Under the pieces are notes generated by a model. The model was not told the DNA's origin. It ran no database searches and saw only the letters and a program-made list of their open reading frames with translations. This document shows positions 8,254 to 15,422 of a stretch of 24,124 nt of DNA, piece by piece. Both the position numbers and the translations under genes were made by a program. Origin of the DNA: a virus (Duplodnaviria > Heunggongvirae > Uroviricota > Caudoviricetes); the IMG/VR virus record IMGVR_UViG_3300042569_001383, positions 1-24,124 of that record; one strand, 5' to 3'. Positions within the stretch are counted from its first letter, which is position 1, and each line of letters starts with the position of its first letter.

Positions 8254-8798
8254 GATAATAAATGTTTGATTATTTTTTCTTTGATACCTACTTGTTTGAT
8301 GCCTTCAAGGCCACGTGGTGTCAATACAAAATTTGTTAAGCCCCATGTCCTCCAAGCTTCGCCATTGGTACTCATATCTAAATCGTCAACTGCGACCCAA
8401 TGAGTAACTTCTGGATGATCCTGCAGGTATTGTTTGATTTCAATTGCCCGGGTTTGTTCCAAGTCCCAATCACGTGACCATATGAAATTATCTCCATGCA
8501 CTGTACAGTCTTTTAAGTTTGGAGTTAAGGCAATAGGCGGTTTGATTCCTCTTGTAACATACATGGCTTGCATCTGTTCCAAGTTGCCTTGACGTTTCCA
8601 ATCTGATGAAATTACTAATTCACAACCAGTTTCATTGATAATTTCCGTTAACACAGCAACAGCTTTTTTGTTGAAATTATCCATACGCGTATCCATTGGA
8701 GTTTCCGGATTGCTGTCAAATCCTGGTTTCTTGAAACGACCACCCCACTCAGATGCTAAACAAATAACACCGTCATGGTCTAAAAATATTACTTTCAT
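8250..8798 (-). CDS. HAD-family phosphatase (RNA-repair-associated Swiss-Army-knife HAD type)
   Basis: KVIFLDHDGV, VISSDW and WVAVDD motifs; start reassigned to 8798. Confidence 0.8.
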   Translation of the reverse strand: MKVIFLDHDGVICLASEWGGRFKKPGFDSNPETPMDTRMDNFNKKAVAVLTEIINETGCELVISSDWKRQGNLEQMQAMYVTRGIKPPIALTPNLKDCTVHGDNFIWSRDWDLEQTRAIEIKQYLQDHPEVTHWVAVDDLDMSTNGEAWRTWGLTNFVLTPRGLEGIKQVGIKEKIIKHLLS

Positions 8799-8799
8799 A

Positions 8800-8931
8800 T
8801 CAATCAAATTCAGGGTTTTTAACAAAGTTGCCTTCAATCATGACGAACCGAACTTTTGCTAAAAATCTACGCCATATTATTTTTCTATGACCATCATGGA
8901 ACATTTGCTCCGGTTTCTTTCTTGTTCTCAT
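8800..8931 (-). CDS. Small hypothetical protein (43 aa, MRTRKKPEQMFHDG...)
   Basis: Hand-translated; ATGA overlap upstream, abuts HAD start. Confidence 0.5.
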   Translation of the reverse strand: MRTRKKPEQMFHDGHRKIIWRRFLAKVRFVMIEGNFVKNPEFD

Positions 8932-9686
8932 CGGTTTGGCCAAGTTATTTCGTTTGTTTCGTCGTTCCATTTTATTGTTATCGGTGCGTTAGTATATTGA
9001 TATTGTTCGTTTAAAATGGACGCATTGAAGAAATGTGTATGTCCATTGTAATGATATCCAGCTCCTCCGTGAATGTGTCCACAAACATGAATCTTAGGAC
9101 GAATCAATTCAATGCGTTCTTTCAATAACTCGCATCCTAACAACGGAGTATTGTATGGCGCGCCGGAAGTATCTAAATATGTCTGTGCTGGTCCATGTGT
9201 TATAAGAATGTCAGTCCAGGTAGGAATTGCATCCCAACGTGCTTTTAATTCTTCGCCACCTCTTGGCAAATTAAATGCCCAATTATAAAATTCTGGTTGC
9301 CATGGTGATCCGTATATGTGAATATTTTCTTCGGGCATGTCTCCGTTAGGTCCATCAAAATACAAAACCAATTCTTCATCTTGAAGATATTCAATAGTTT
9401 TATAACCAGATAATATGCCTTTAGCCCATTCAGGATCCAATTGCATGATGCGGTCATGATTGCCAGCAACTAATATTTTAGTTTCATATCCTGGAATTGA
9501 ATCGAACCAATCAAAGAATTCAATAGCTTCAGCTTTACTGTAACCAGATCCCATGAAATCGCCGGAGTGAATAAGAATGTCGCCGCCTGGCAAATCAACG
9601 CTTTGTTCTGAACTACGGATGCTACGTGAAGATAATACGTGGTGATGCTTGGTATGCGTATCACTAAGAAATGTAATGGTCATCAT
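8928..9686 (-). CDS. Calcineurin-like metallophosphoesterase (MPPED-like)
   Basis: SDTH, HSGDF, AGNHD, ITHGP and CGHIH motifs. Confidence 0.9.
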   Translation of the reverse strand: MMTITFLSDTHTKHHHVLSSRSIRSSEQSVDLPGGDILIHSGDFMGSGYSKAEAIEFFDWFDSIPGYETKILVAGNHDRIMQLDPEWAKGILSGYKTIEYLQDEELVLYFDGPNGDMPEENIHIYGSPWQPEFYNWAFNLPRGGEELKARWDAIPTWTDILITHGPAQTYLDTSGAPYNTPLLGCELLKERIELIRPKIHVCGHIHGGAGYHYNGHTHFFNASILNEQYQYTNAPITIKWNDETNEITWPNR

Positions 9687-9697
9687 CTTTTTTTAAT

Positions 9698-9726
9698 AAT
9701 ATATATAATTTCTGTGAAATATCCAA
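9698..9726 (-). promoter_or_regulatory. Promoter TTGGAT-N17-TATATT
   Basis: Repeated promoter motif. Confidence 0.7.
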
Positions 9727-10011
9727 ATAATTGAGTTGAAAGAGTGATAAAGAATATAGACCAAAACACGGACTAAATCTAAATCAAAGACCCTCTTTAC
9801 CACAAAGGCAAAGACAAAAACTAAGTCTCGGTTGTTAGCCAATTATCCTAACCGGAGAAAGGTAACTTGTCTAACCTGGAGTTCTATCTCAGTTTTGGTG
9901 TATTTTGTAAAGAGGCAGTGTGTAGGCTTCCAAAGGAGCCTAGAATAGTTTCTGTGTAGTATATCAACTTCTAAAGTATATGATCATACGAAAAACCTTA
10001 CCACTCTAACA
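9727..10011 (-). ncRNA. Candidate structured RNA with nested stems and hexamer repeats
   Basis: Complementary pairs 9907-9915/9792-9800, 9888-9896/9817-9825 and 9850-9858/9826-9833; hairpin 9923-9942; no long ORF. Confidence 0.45.
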
Positions 10012-10053
10012 TAAAAGCGGAGAAAGCAACAGCTCCTGCCATGTTCCTCCGCC
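10012..10053 (-). terminator. Terminator-like hairpin after coiled-coil gene
   Basis: GGCGGAG...CTCCGCT stem with inner GGCAG/CTGTT stem, followed by TTTAT. Confidence 0.5.
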
Positions 10054-10063
10054 ACCTCAAATA

Positions 10064-10978
10064 TTAATTCAATTTACTTAGAAATGCATCAATTGTGTCT
10101 TTGAATCTCGCATCAACGTTGATTCTCAAATTTGCAATTGATTGAATTTCTTTTTGACGATTTTCTTCAGACTCCATTGTGTATTGTTTCGCAGCGTCTG
10201 ACCACGCTTGTCTTGCTGAACGATATTCTGCCATGATGGCATCATTTTCCTTGGAAGCAGCTGCTTGCAAATCTGCGTTGGATCTAGCAATTCTAGCATT
10301 TTCTGCCGTAACTAGATTCTTTACTTTGGCTTTGAAATAGTTAACTCGTTGTTCCATGTTACGGTGCAATGCCGCAATTTGTTCATGAATCTCAGTTAAT
10401 TGCTCACTTGTATGGTGAATAACTACTTGTAACGGTGTCTTCTTACCAGCTTCCACTTCAATCCACTCCAACGTTTTAAGCGTTGGTAACTCAGTTCTTA
10501 AACGGTCTAAGGTACCTTTTTTGTGAATGAATTGGCCATAATGTGCTGCATGTGCCTCAGCTTCCATGTATTCATTTAGCTCCGTTGCAGATAATTGTTC
10601 CCAACCCCACGCTTCGCCAACCGCATCAACGGTATCAACTTCGTTCAAATCCGGATACTCAGGAAGTGGTGCATCATATTGGTACACGCGTCTCTTTGCT
10701 GAGTTTAGCAACTCATCTTTTGCTTTGATGTTTTCCATCAAGAATGCTTGAGTTGCATGCAATTTGGCTTTTTTCACTAACAACTCAACAACGTCAGTTG
10801 GCAACGGATTGCCTTGTGTTTCAATATACGATTCTGTACCAATACGCAATGTTTTAGATGCGTTGTTGATATTAGCCAATTTGAAATCAATATCACGGCA
10901 TGCTTGGTTGCATAAGTTTGATACTGATTGTGCTTGTGATAAAGATAAGCCTGTTGCTGATAAAGAGTGATTTTTCAT
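10064..10978 (-). CDS. Helical/coiled-coil hypothetical protein (304 aa; SLSQAQSVSNLCNQ)
   Basis: ORF track. Confidence 0.8.
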   Translation of the reverse strand: MKNHSLSATGLSLSQAQSVSNLCNQACRDIDFKLANINNASKTLRIGTESYIETQGNPLPTDVVELLVKKAKLHATQAFLMENIKAKDELLNSAKRRVYQYDAPLPEYPDLNEVDTVDAVGEAWGWEQLSATELNEYMEAEAHAAHYGQFIHKKGTLDRLRTELPTLKTLEWIEVEAGKKTPLQVVIHHTSEQLTEIHEQIAALHRNMEQRVNYFKAKVKNLVTAENARIARSNADLQAAASKENDAIMAEYRSARQAWSDAAKQYTMESEENRQKEIQSIANLRINVDARFKDTIDAFLSKLN

Positions 10979-11382
10979 GTTCTTATTTATTTTTTAGTTA
11001 ATTAGAATAATTCGTTTTTGTGAAATTTTGTTTCTGTTCCGTTTGGATCTTCGAAGTACATTTTTAAATACTTATACATTTTATCAAATGTTTCAAATAC
11101 AAATGATTGACATCCTAATCTTACAATGAATCCGTTATTAACTTGGTTAATTTCTGGTTGATAATTAGCCTTATTGCTTGCCGGCCGAGAATCCACTATT
11201 GGCATATTAATAGATCCGGCCTCATTTGTTCCGTCATATAATGTCGCTTCTGCGCGTATCATCGATGCTACTGGCTCATTACCAGATTCTAAAATGGAGC
11301 GTACTTCGTTGTTATACGCTGTATTTAATTCATTTAATCTAGCTTCTTGTCGTGGTGTCATGTTCTTATTTATTTTTTAGTT
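10976..11382. repeat. 24-bp perfect direct repeat pair (10976-10999 and 11359-11382)
   Basis: catgttcttatttattttttagtt at both sites; identical translation-initiation regions of two adjacent genes. Confidence 0.9.
11002..11361 (-). CDS. Hypothetical protein (119 aa)
   Basis: ORF track. Confidence 0.75.
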   Translation of the reverse strand: MTPRQEARLNELNTAYNNEVRSILESGNEPVASMIRAEATLYDGTNEAGSINMPIVDSRPASNKANYQPEINQVNNGFIVRLGCQSFVFETFDKMYKYLKMYFEDPNGTETKFHKNELF

Positions 11383-11384
11383 TA

Positions 11385-12455
11385 TTAAAATGCTAAGTCT
11401 CGGTAAGATTTGTGATATGATTTTGTGGATTCATATGTCAATGATTTCTTTTTGCCATTAACATCTTCATACTCAATTACTGGTGCCGACAATAAATTAA
11501 TACGACCCATATACATGCCGTCTACATATAAATCTCGACCTATCAATGCACTCGGTTTGCGTTTGTATGAATCCGGATTAGGTTCGATGTCAACACTGAC
11601 ATACTTTGGCAATGTTAAAGTTGCGGATTCCGTTACGTCGCCGTCATATACATTGAACGATGTGCCTTTTTCTTTGACATTGAACACTGATTTAAACGCT
11701 GCAGGTGCTTCGTTAAATGTATTTACTTCATGCACAATTGCCTTAACGATGTCAACGGTAATCATTTCTAATACTGAAATAAATTCAATGGTAGCTTCTC
11801 GGTGATCCGTATACAACAACATGTCATCTACAATCTCTTCGATAACGTCACGTTCCAAATCATTGAACTCAACTACGTATCTTAATCTACCTGGACATTG
11901 CAACAAGTTTTCATTAATATACATTTTATTCGTAGTGAATACAAACAATCTTCTATGTTCGGTTTTCAAGGCACCATCCATAATGGTAAGAATATTTTTA
12001 CTAGTATCCACCGTATAGTCTTCAACGTTTTGAGAAAACACTTTTTCAAATTCGTCAACAAATACCGTAATATCTTGTTCAATTCCAGCTAATATTTCCG
12101 ATAATCCTTCAAATTCTTCAGTGATTAAAATAACCGGCATATTGCGTTCTTCTGCCATTTTGTTGCAAATCATTTCGGCAGTCACTGACTTACCAGTTCC
12201 TTTCAATCCGTTCAATAGGATACCTAAATTACCTGTACTATTATCATATGCAGTTGCAACACGATTAATCAATGACATATTGTGGCCATAAATTTTATAC
12301 GGGAAGGTAAAATCTGGTTTGATTTTTTGGAAATACATTGGTTGCAATGGAGGAGTTTTAATTACATACACTCCAGGTGTCAATTTGTTTTCAAATGTTG
12401 CCGTAGATATCGGATAAAAATTATCACCATCTTTTGACCATGCTCTGTTATTCAT
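11385..12455 (-). CDS. AAA+ family ATPase
   Basis: Walker A GLKGTGKS, Walker B VFVDE, FTTN sensor-1, PGR. Confidence 0.9.
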   Translation of the reverse strand: MNNRAWSKDGDNFYPISTATFENKLTPGVYVIKTPPLQPMYFQKIKPDFTFPYKIYGHNMSLINRVATAYDNSTGNLGILLNGLKGTGKSVTAEMICNKMAEERNMPVILITEEFEGLSEILAGIEQDITVFVDEFEKVFSQNVEDYTVDTSKNILTIMDGALKTEHRRLFVFTTNKMYINENLLQCPGRLRYVVEFNDLERDVIEEIVDDMLLYTDHREATIEFISVLEMITVDIVKAIVHEVNTFNEAPAAFKSVFNVKEKGTSFNVYDGDVTESATLTLPKYVSVDIEPNPDSYKRKPSALIGRDLYVDGMYMGRINLLSAPVIEYEDVNGKKKSLTYESTKSYHKSYRDLAF

Positions 12456-12470
12456 ATTCTTTTTTTTTAA

Positions 12471-12499
12471 ATTATATAAAATTATTCAATCAATTCAAA
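12471..12499 (-). promoter_or_regulatory. Promoter TTTGAA-N17-TATAAT
   Basis: Variant of repeated motif, retains upstream AACGG. Confidence 0.65.
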
Positions 12500-12502
12500 C
12501 CG

Positions 12503-12790
12503 TTAACAAAACTTTTTAGTAGAATCAGGATTAGAAGGGTCAAATCCAGCACAAATAGGAGTCAATTTAGATGGTTCAATTACAATATTGGGTTCTTGCC
12601 ATTGTGGCATTGTTGGCTGTGACCATGTTGGATTAGCTGGTACTCCAGGTACGGATCGATCCGGTGTCTGTTTGTTGAATACCAATGCTAAATGATCTTT
12701 GATAATAGCTGTTTGTGAAGAGTTTAAATTTAATGGATTTTCTATCTCCATGAATCCTTGTAACCAATAAGCAAATTGTTCTGCTGTCAT
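12503..12790 (-). CDS. Hypothetical phage protein (MTAEQFAYWLQGF type)
   Basis: ORF track. Confidence 0.7.
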   Translation of the reverse strand: MTAEQFAYWLQGFMEIENPLNLNSSQTAIIKDHLALVFNKQTPDRSVPGVPANPTWSQPTMPQWQEPNIVIEPSKLTPICAGFDPSNPDSTKKFC

Positions 12791-12811
12791 AACTTGTTCT
12801 TTCTGTTTAAG

Positions 12812-12885
12812 TGGACCAGCCTGGACTCGAACCAGGGACCGGCGCGTTATGAGCGCGCTACTCTAACCAACTGAGCTACAGGTCC
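12812..12885 (-). tRNA. trnI-CAT: tRNA with CAT anticodon, Ile2 (lysidine)-type body
   Basis: GGACCTGTAGCTCAGTTGGTTAGAG...CT CAT AA...GGTTCGAGTCC; Ile2 versus Met assignment is inference. Confidence 0.8.
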
Positions 12886-13056
12886 AAATTGCTTGTCTTT
12901 CCAAGCTACCAATAAAATAAAAAACACGCTCTTAAGCATTCTACTCCCAGCTCCGAGGAATTGTATATAACTTAGCCCGATACTCACCGCTGTACAGGTA
13001 CTTAGGTTTGCGTGTTTGCGATCCATGTTCTGATTTCGGGATGAATCTTTCCCACG
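12886..13056 (-). ncRNA. Candidate structured RNA in tRNA spacer
   Basis: Stems 13010-13017/12922-12929 and 12999-13004/12933-12938; hairpins 12978-12989, 12891-12906 and 13038-13053. Confidence 0.45.
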
Positions 13057-13151
13057 TAGTCAGGACAGGATTCGAACCTGCAATGTACTTTGCTAACCTC
13101 TTGTAACCGGCTACATTCCCTAGTTAAGCGTTACCATTCCGCCACCTGACT
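13057..13151 (-). ncRNA. tRNA-like RNA with intact acceptor, D and T arms but no canonical anticodon loop
   Basis: AGTCAGG/CCTGACT acceptor, GCGGAATGGTAACGC D arm, GCAGGTTCGAATCCTGT T arm; 23-nt insert replaces the 7-nt loop. Confidence 0.75.
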
Positions 13152-13209
13152 ATTTAAAACTTGTAAAACCCACCCCATGGCAAGGAAACTCCGTTTCGTG
13201 TTTTTTGCG

Positions 13210-13293
13210 TACCCCAGGCGGGACTTGAACCCGCACGAGCATAATGCCCACTGAATTTTAAGTCCAGCGTGTCTACCATTCCACCACCGGGGC
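13210..13293 (-). tRNA. trnL-TAA: tRNA-Leu(TAA)
   Basis: Cloverleaf, CT TAA AA loop, long variable arm. Confidence 0.95.
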
Positions 13294-13451
13294 AAATGGC
13301 AATTTAATTGATTAGATCTCACGAAGCATTGCCAACTCCGAATGAAGAACGATTTACGGCTTTACTTCAATGATTCCCGCCTTTGTCTCACGCCCAAAAG
13401 TATGTCGAAAGGTTTCTGGGATACCTATAACCTCAAGTAATCATCTTGTAG
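13294..13451 (-). ncRNA. Candidate structured RNA in tRNA spacer
   Basis: Stems 13297-13303/13328-13334, 13343-47/13365-69, 13371-75/13439-43 and 13410-14/13429-33. Confidence 0.35.
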
Positions 13452-13524
13452 TAGCGGGGGCGGGACTCGAACCTGCGACCTTCAGGTTATGAGCCTGCTG
13501 AGCTACCAACTGCTCTACCCCGCT
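13452..13524 (-). tRNA. trnM-CAT: tRNA-Met(CAT), initiator-like
   Basis: AGCGGGGTAGAGCAG...CT CAT AA; A11-U24 pair as in fMet. Confidence 0.9.
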
Positions 13525-13530
13525 ATATTG

Positions 13531-13602
13531 TATTCCCACGGAGAATCGAACTCCGATTTTTAGGTTGAAAACCTAATGTCCTAACCGTTAGACGATGGGA
13601 AC
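13531..13602 (-). tRNA. trnE-TTC: tRNA-Glu(TTC)
   Basis: Cloverleaf, TTAGG TT TTC AA CCTAA. Confidence 0.95.
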
Positions 13603-14243
13603 TCATATAATCTTATAAAATCTTTACCATATGTTGAAATGACATACTCAAATTCTTTTTTTAAGTCATCTCGCATCAAAACAACCAAATTTGGTACTGA
13701 TTTTATCTTAGCTAAAGTTTGTTCGTTTACAAAACCTTTTATTTCAATTATCTTGACACCTTGAACGAAATCCGGATAATACTGATATTGTTTTCCATTA
13801 AATGTATACTCGTATGATTGAGTGTTTCTACTAAATGGAATATCATGATCCAGTTGATATATTACCCAAGCTAACTCATAACTGCTATCACACCAAATAC
13901 CTTTATACCAACCATGTTTACCTCTTCCAGCACCTTTTCGATTACCGCCAGAACATTTAATCCAACATTCTGCATGATACTTTTTTATTTTGTATTTAGA
14001 AGTACCAGGTTGATTACAATATTTACATATAAAATTTTGAACCGCAGACCCTTTCCATCCAGGATGTAGTTGTCCAAATTTACCTTTATTAGTAGCACAT
14101 TTTGGATTTCCTTTATTAGCAAGACTTTTTTTTAATCTTACTGCATCATTTTGTACTCTACTATTTCTACATTTCAAAGAACAATATGAAACCAATCCTT
14201 TCGTTGGTTCAAAATCATTGCCACATTTCTTACATGTTTTCAT
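13581..14243 (-). CDS. Putative free-standing PD-(D/E)XK endonuclease with N-terminal Zn-binding motifs (homing-endonuclease-like)
   Basis: CKKC...CSLKC, CKYC, DSSYEL, YYPDF...IEIKG; AAGGAG SD. Confidence 0.75.
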   Translation of the reverse strand: MKTCKKCGNDFEPTKGLVSYCSLKCRNSRVQNDAVRLKKSLANKGNPKCATNKGKFGQLHPGWKGSAVQNFICKYCNQPGTSKYKIKKYHAECWIKCSGGNRKGAGRGKHGWYKGIWCDSSYELAWVIYQLDHDIPFSRNTQSYEYTFNGKQYQYYPDFVQGVKIIEIKGFVNEQTLAKIKSVPNLVVLMRDDLKKEFEYVISTYGKDFIRLYEFPSSNG

Positions 14244-14255
14244 ATAACTCCTTTA

Positions 14256-14266
14256 TTATAAATATA
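14256..14266 (-). promoter_or_regulatory. TATATTTATAA motif (putative second promoter class)
   Basis: Identical 11-mer 12, 9 and 6 nt upstream of ATGs at 14243, 16863 and 17517. Confidence 0.55.
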
Positions 14267-14290
14267 GAGTCGTACCCGTAATTTTTAATT

Positions 14291-14319
14291 ATTATAAGAA
14301 ATATTTTGAAAATATCCAA
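14291..14319 (-). promoter_or_regulatory. Promoter TTGGAT-N17-TATAAT (internal to tRNA array)
   Basis: Repeated promoter motif. Confidence 0.8.
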
Positions 14320-14340
14320 CCGTTGTTGATATTCTCTCTG

Positions 14341-14412
14341 CGGTCCATGCGAGAATCGAACTCGCGGCACCACCGTGACAGGGTGGTATGTTAGCCACTA
14401 CACCAATGGACC
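14341..14412 (-). tRNA. trnD-GTC: tRNA-Asp(GTC)
   Basis: Cloverleaf, CCACC CT GTC AC GGTGG, G73. Confidence 0.95.
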
Positions 14413-14457
14413 ATTAATAAAAGTCCCCTATCGGTTATAGGATCTTTAAGACTTTTG

Positions 14458-14531
14458 TGGAGCCGGTGGGAATCGAACCCACCACAGATTGCTTGCAAAG
14501 CAGTCTCGTCAGCCTTGAGACATACAACCCC
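14458..14531 (-). tRNA. trnA-TGC: tRNA-Ala(TGC)
   Basis: TT TGC AA loop; G3:U70 identity pair; divergent D arm. Confidence 0.9.
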
Positions 14532-14537
14532 ATTATG

Positions 14538-14610
14538 AGCGATAGACAGGGTTCGAACCTGCGACCCCCGACTTGGAAGGACGGTGCTCTACCATCTGAG
14601 CTACTATCGC
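14538..14610 (-). tRNA. trnG-TCC: tRNA-Gly(TCC)
   Basis: Cloverleaf, CT TCC AA, U73. Confidence 0.95.
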
Positions 14611-14754
14611 TTAAAAACCATACGACATAAATTGTCTATACATAATATGTTCTTCCTGGCACGCACATTCCGTTAACGTACCTTGAAATAAAATCGAATT
14701 ATCTGACAACGCAATCAATTGATATGTGTCATTAATTAAATGTCTAATTTCCAT
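14611..14754 (-). CDS. Small hypothetical protein (47 aa, MEIRHLINDTY...)
   Basis: Start reassigned to 14754, downstream of the promoter at 14775-14803. Confidence 0.55.
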   Translation of the reverse strand: MEIRHLINDTYQLIALSDNSILFQGTLTECACQEEHIMYRQFMSYGF

Positions 14755-14774
14755 CTCTTTATTTTTATACTTTA

Positions 14775-14803
14775 AATATATAAAATAAATCAATCGAATC
14801 CAA
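14775..14803 (-). promoter_or_regulatory. Promoter TTGGAT-N17-TATATT (internal to tRNA array)
   Basis: Repeated promoter motif. Confidence 0.75.
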
Positions 14804-14827
14804 CCTTTTTGTTACTTTTTTTTTTTG

Positions 14828-14899
14828 AGCTTAAGGAGGGACTCGAACCCCCATACCGAGATTTTGCAGACCTGGACCTTACCAATCGGACACTTAAGC
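14828..14899 (-). tRNA. trnC-GCA: tRNA-Cys(GCA)
   Basis: CT GCA AA loop, U73. Confidence 0.9.
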
Positions 14900-14904
14900 A
14901 TTTG

Positions 14905-14977
14905 TGGACCGGGAGGGAATCGAACCCCCGACACGAAGATCTTCAATCTCCTGCTCTACCAACTGAGCTACCGGTCC
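14905..14977 (-). tRNA. trnF-GAA: tRNA-Phe(GAA)
   Basis: Cloverleaf, TT GAA GA. Confidence 0.95.
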
Positions 14978-14983
14978 TTGTTG

Positions 14984-15056
14984 CACTCCAGGATGGGTTC
15001 GAACCACCGACACCCGGATTTGGAATCCGGTGCTCTACCAACTGAGCTACTGAAGT
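14984..15056 (-). tRNA. trnW-CCA: tRNA-Trp(CCA)
   Basis: CCGGA TT CCA AA TCCGG, G73. Confidence 0.95.
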
Positions 15057-15123
15057 ATGTAATAAACCTAATTTTGCTTTACTATACCTAGTTGGTATAG
15101 TGTCGCAATTTTTTATTTTATCG

Positions 15124-15196
15124 TACCCTCGCAGAGATTCAAACTCCGATTCCATCATTAGAAGTGATGTGTCCTATTCCGTTGGACGACGAAGGC
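15124..15196 (-). tRNA. trnR-TCT: tRNA-Arg(TCT)
   Basis: CATCA CT TCT AA TGATG; T loop TTTGAAT. Confidence 0.9.
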
Positions 15197-15201
15197 AATT
15201 G

Positions 15202-15273
15202 TACTCCGTAAGTGATTCGAACACCTATCTTCCGGTTCGTAGCCGAACGTTCTATCCATTGAACTAACAGAGC
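15202..15273 (-). tRNA. trnR-ACG: tRNA-Arg(ACG)
   Basis: TTCGG CT ACG AA CCGGA. Confidence 0.95.
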
Positions 15274-15422
15274 AAGTAAAGATGATGAATGACTTTATCA
15301 GGAATCTTGGCTTGGAAGCCTTCACACACCATTAGAGAGCTGAGTATTGCTACTTATCCTTAGTGTGTACCCTTGCGACACGTCTCTCCACGCTTGCCAT
15401 TCTACGCTTCGTAACATCTTTG
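15274..15422 (-). ncRNA. Candidate structured RNA in tRNA spacer
   Basis: Closing stem 15415-21/15278-84, stem 15361-67/15325-31, GCAA tetraloop hairpin 15343-54, possible pseudoknot 15384-89/15334-39. Confidence 0.5.

Noticed and set aside
13090-13125. Archaeal-type bulge-helix-bulge intron in the tRNA-like RNA
   Set aside because: The bulges are 6 and 3 nt around a 5-6-bp helix, not 3-4-3, and removing the insert does not restore a canonical 7-nt loop.
13021-13451. HDV-like (theta) or hammerhead ribozymes at tRNA 3' ends
   Set aside because: I could not fit the P1-P2-P3-P1.1-P4 nested pseudoknot or a CUGANGA/GAAA core by eye; kept only as unassigned structured RNAs.
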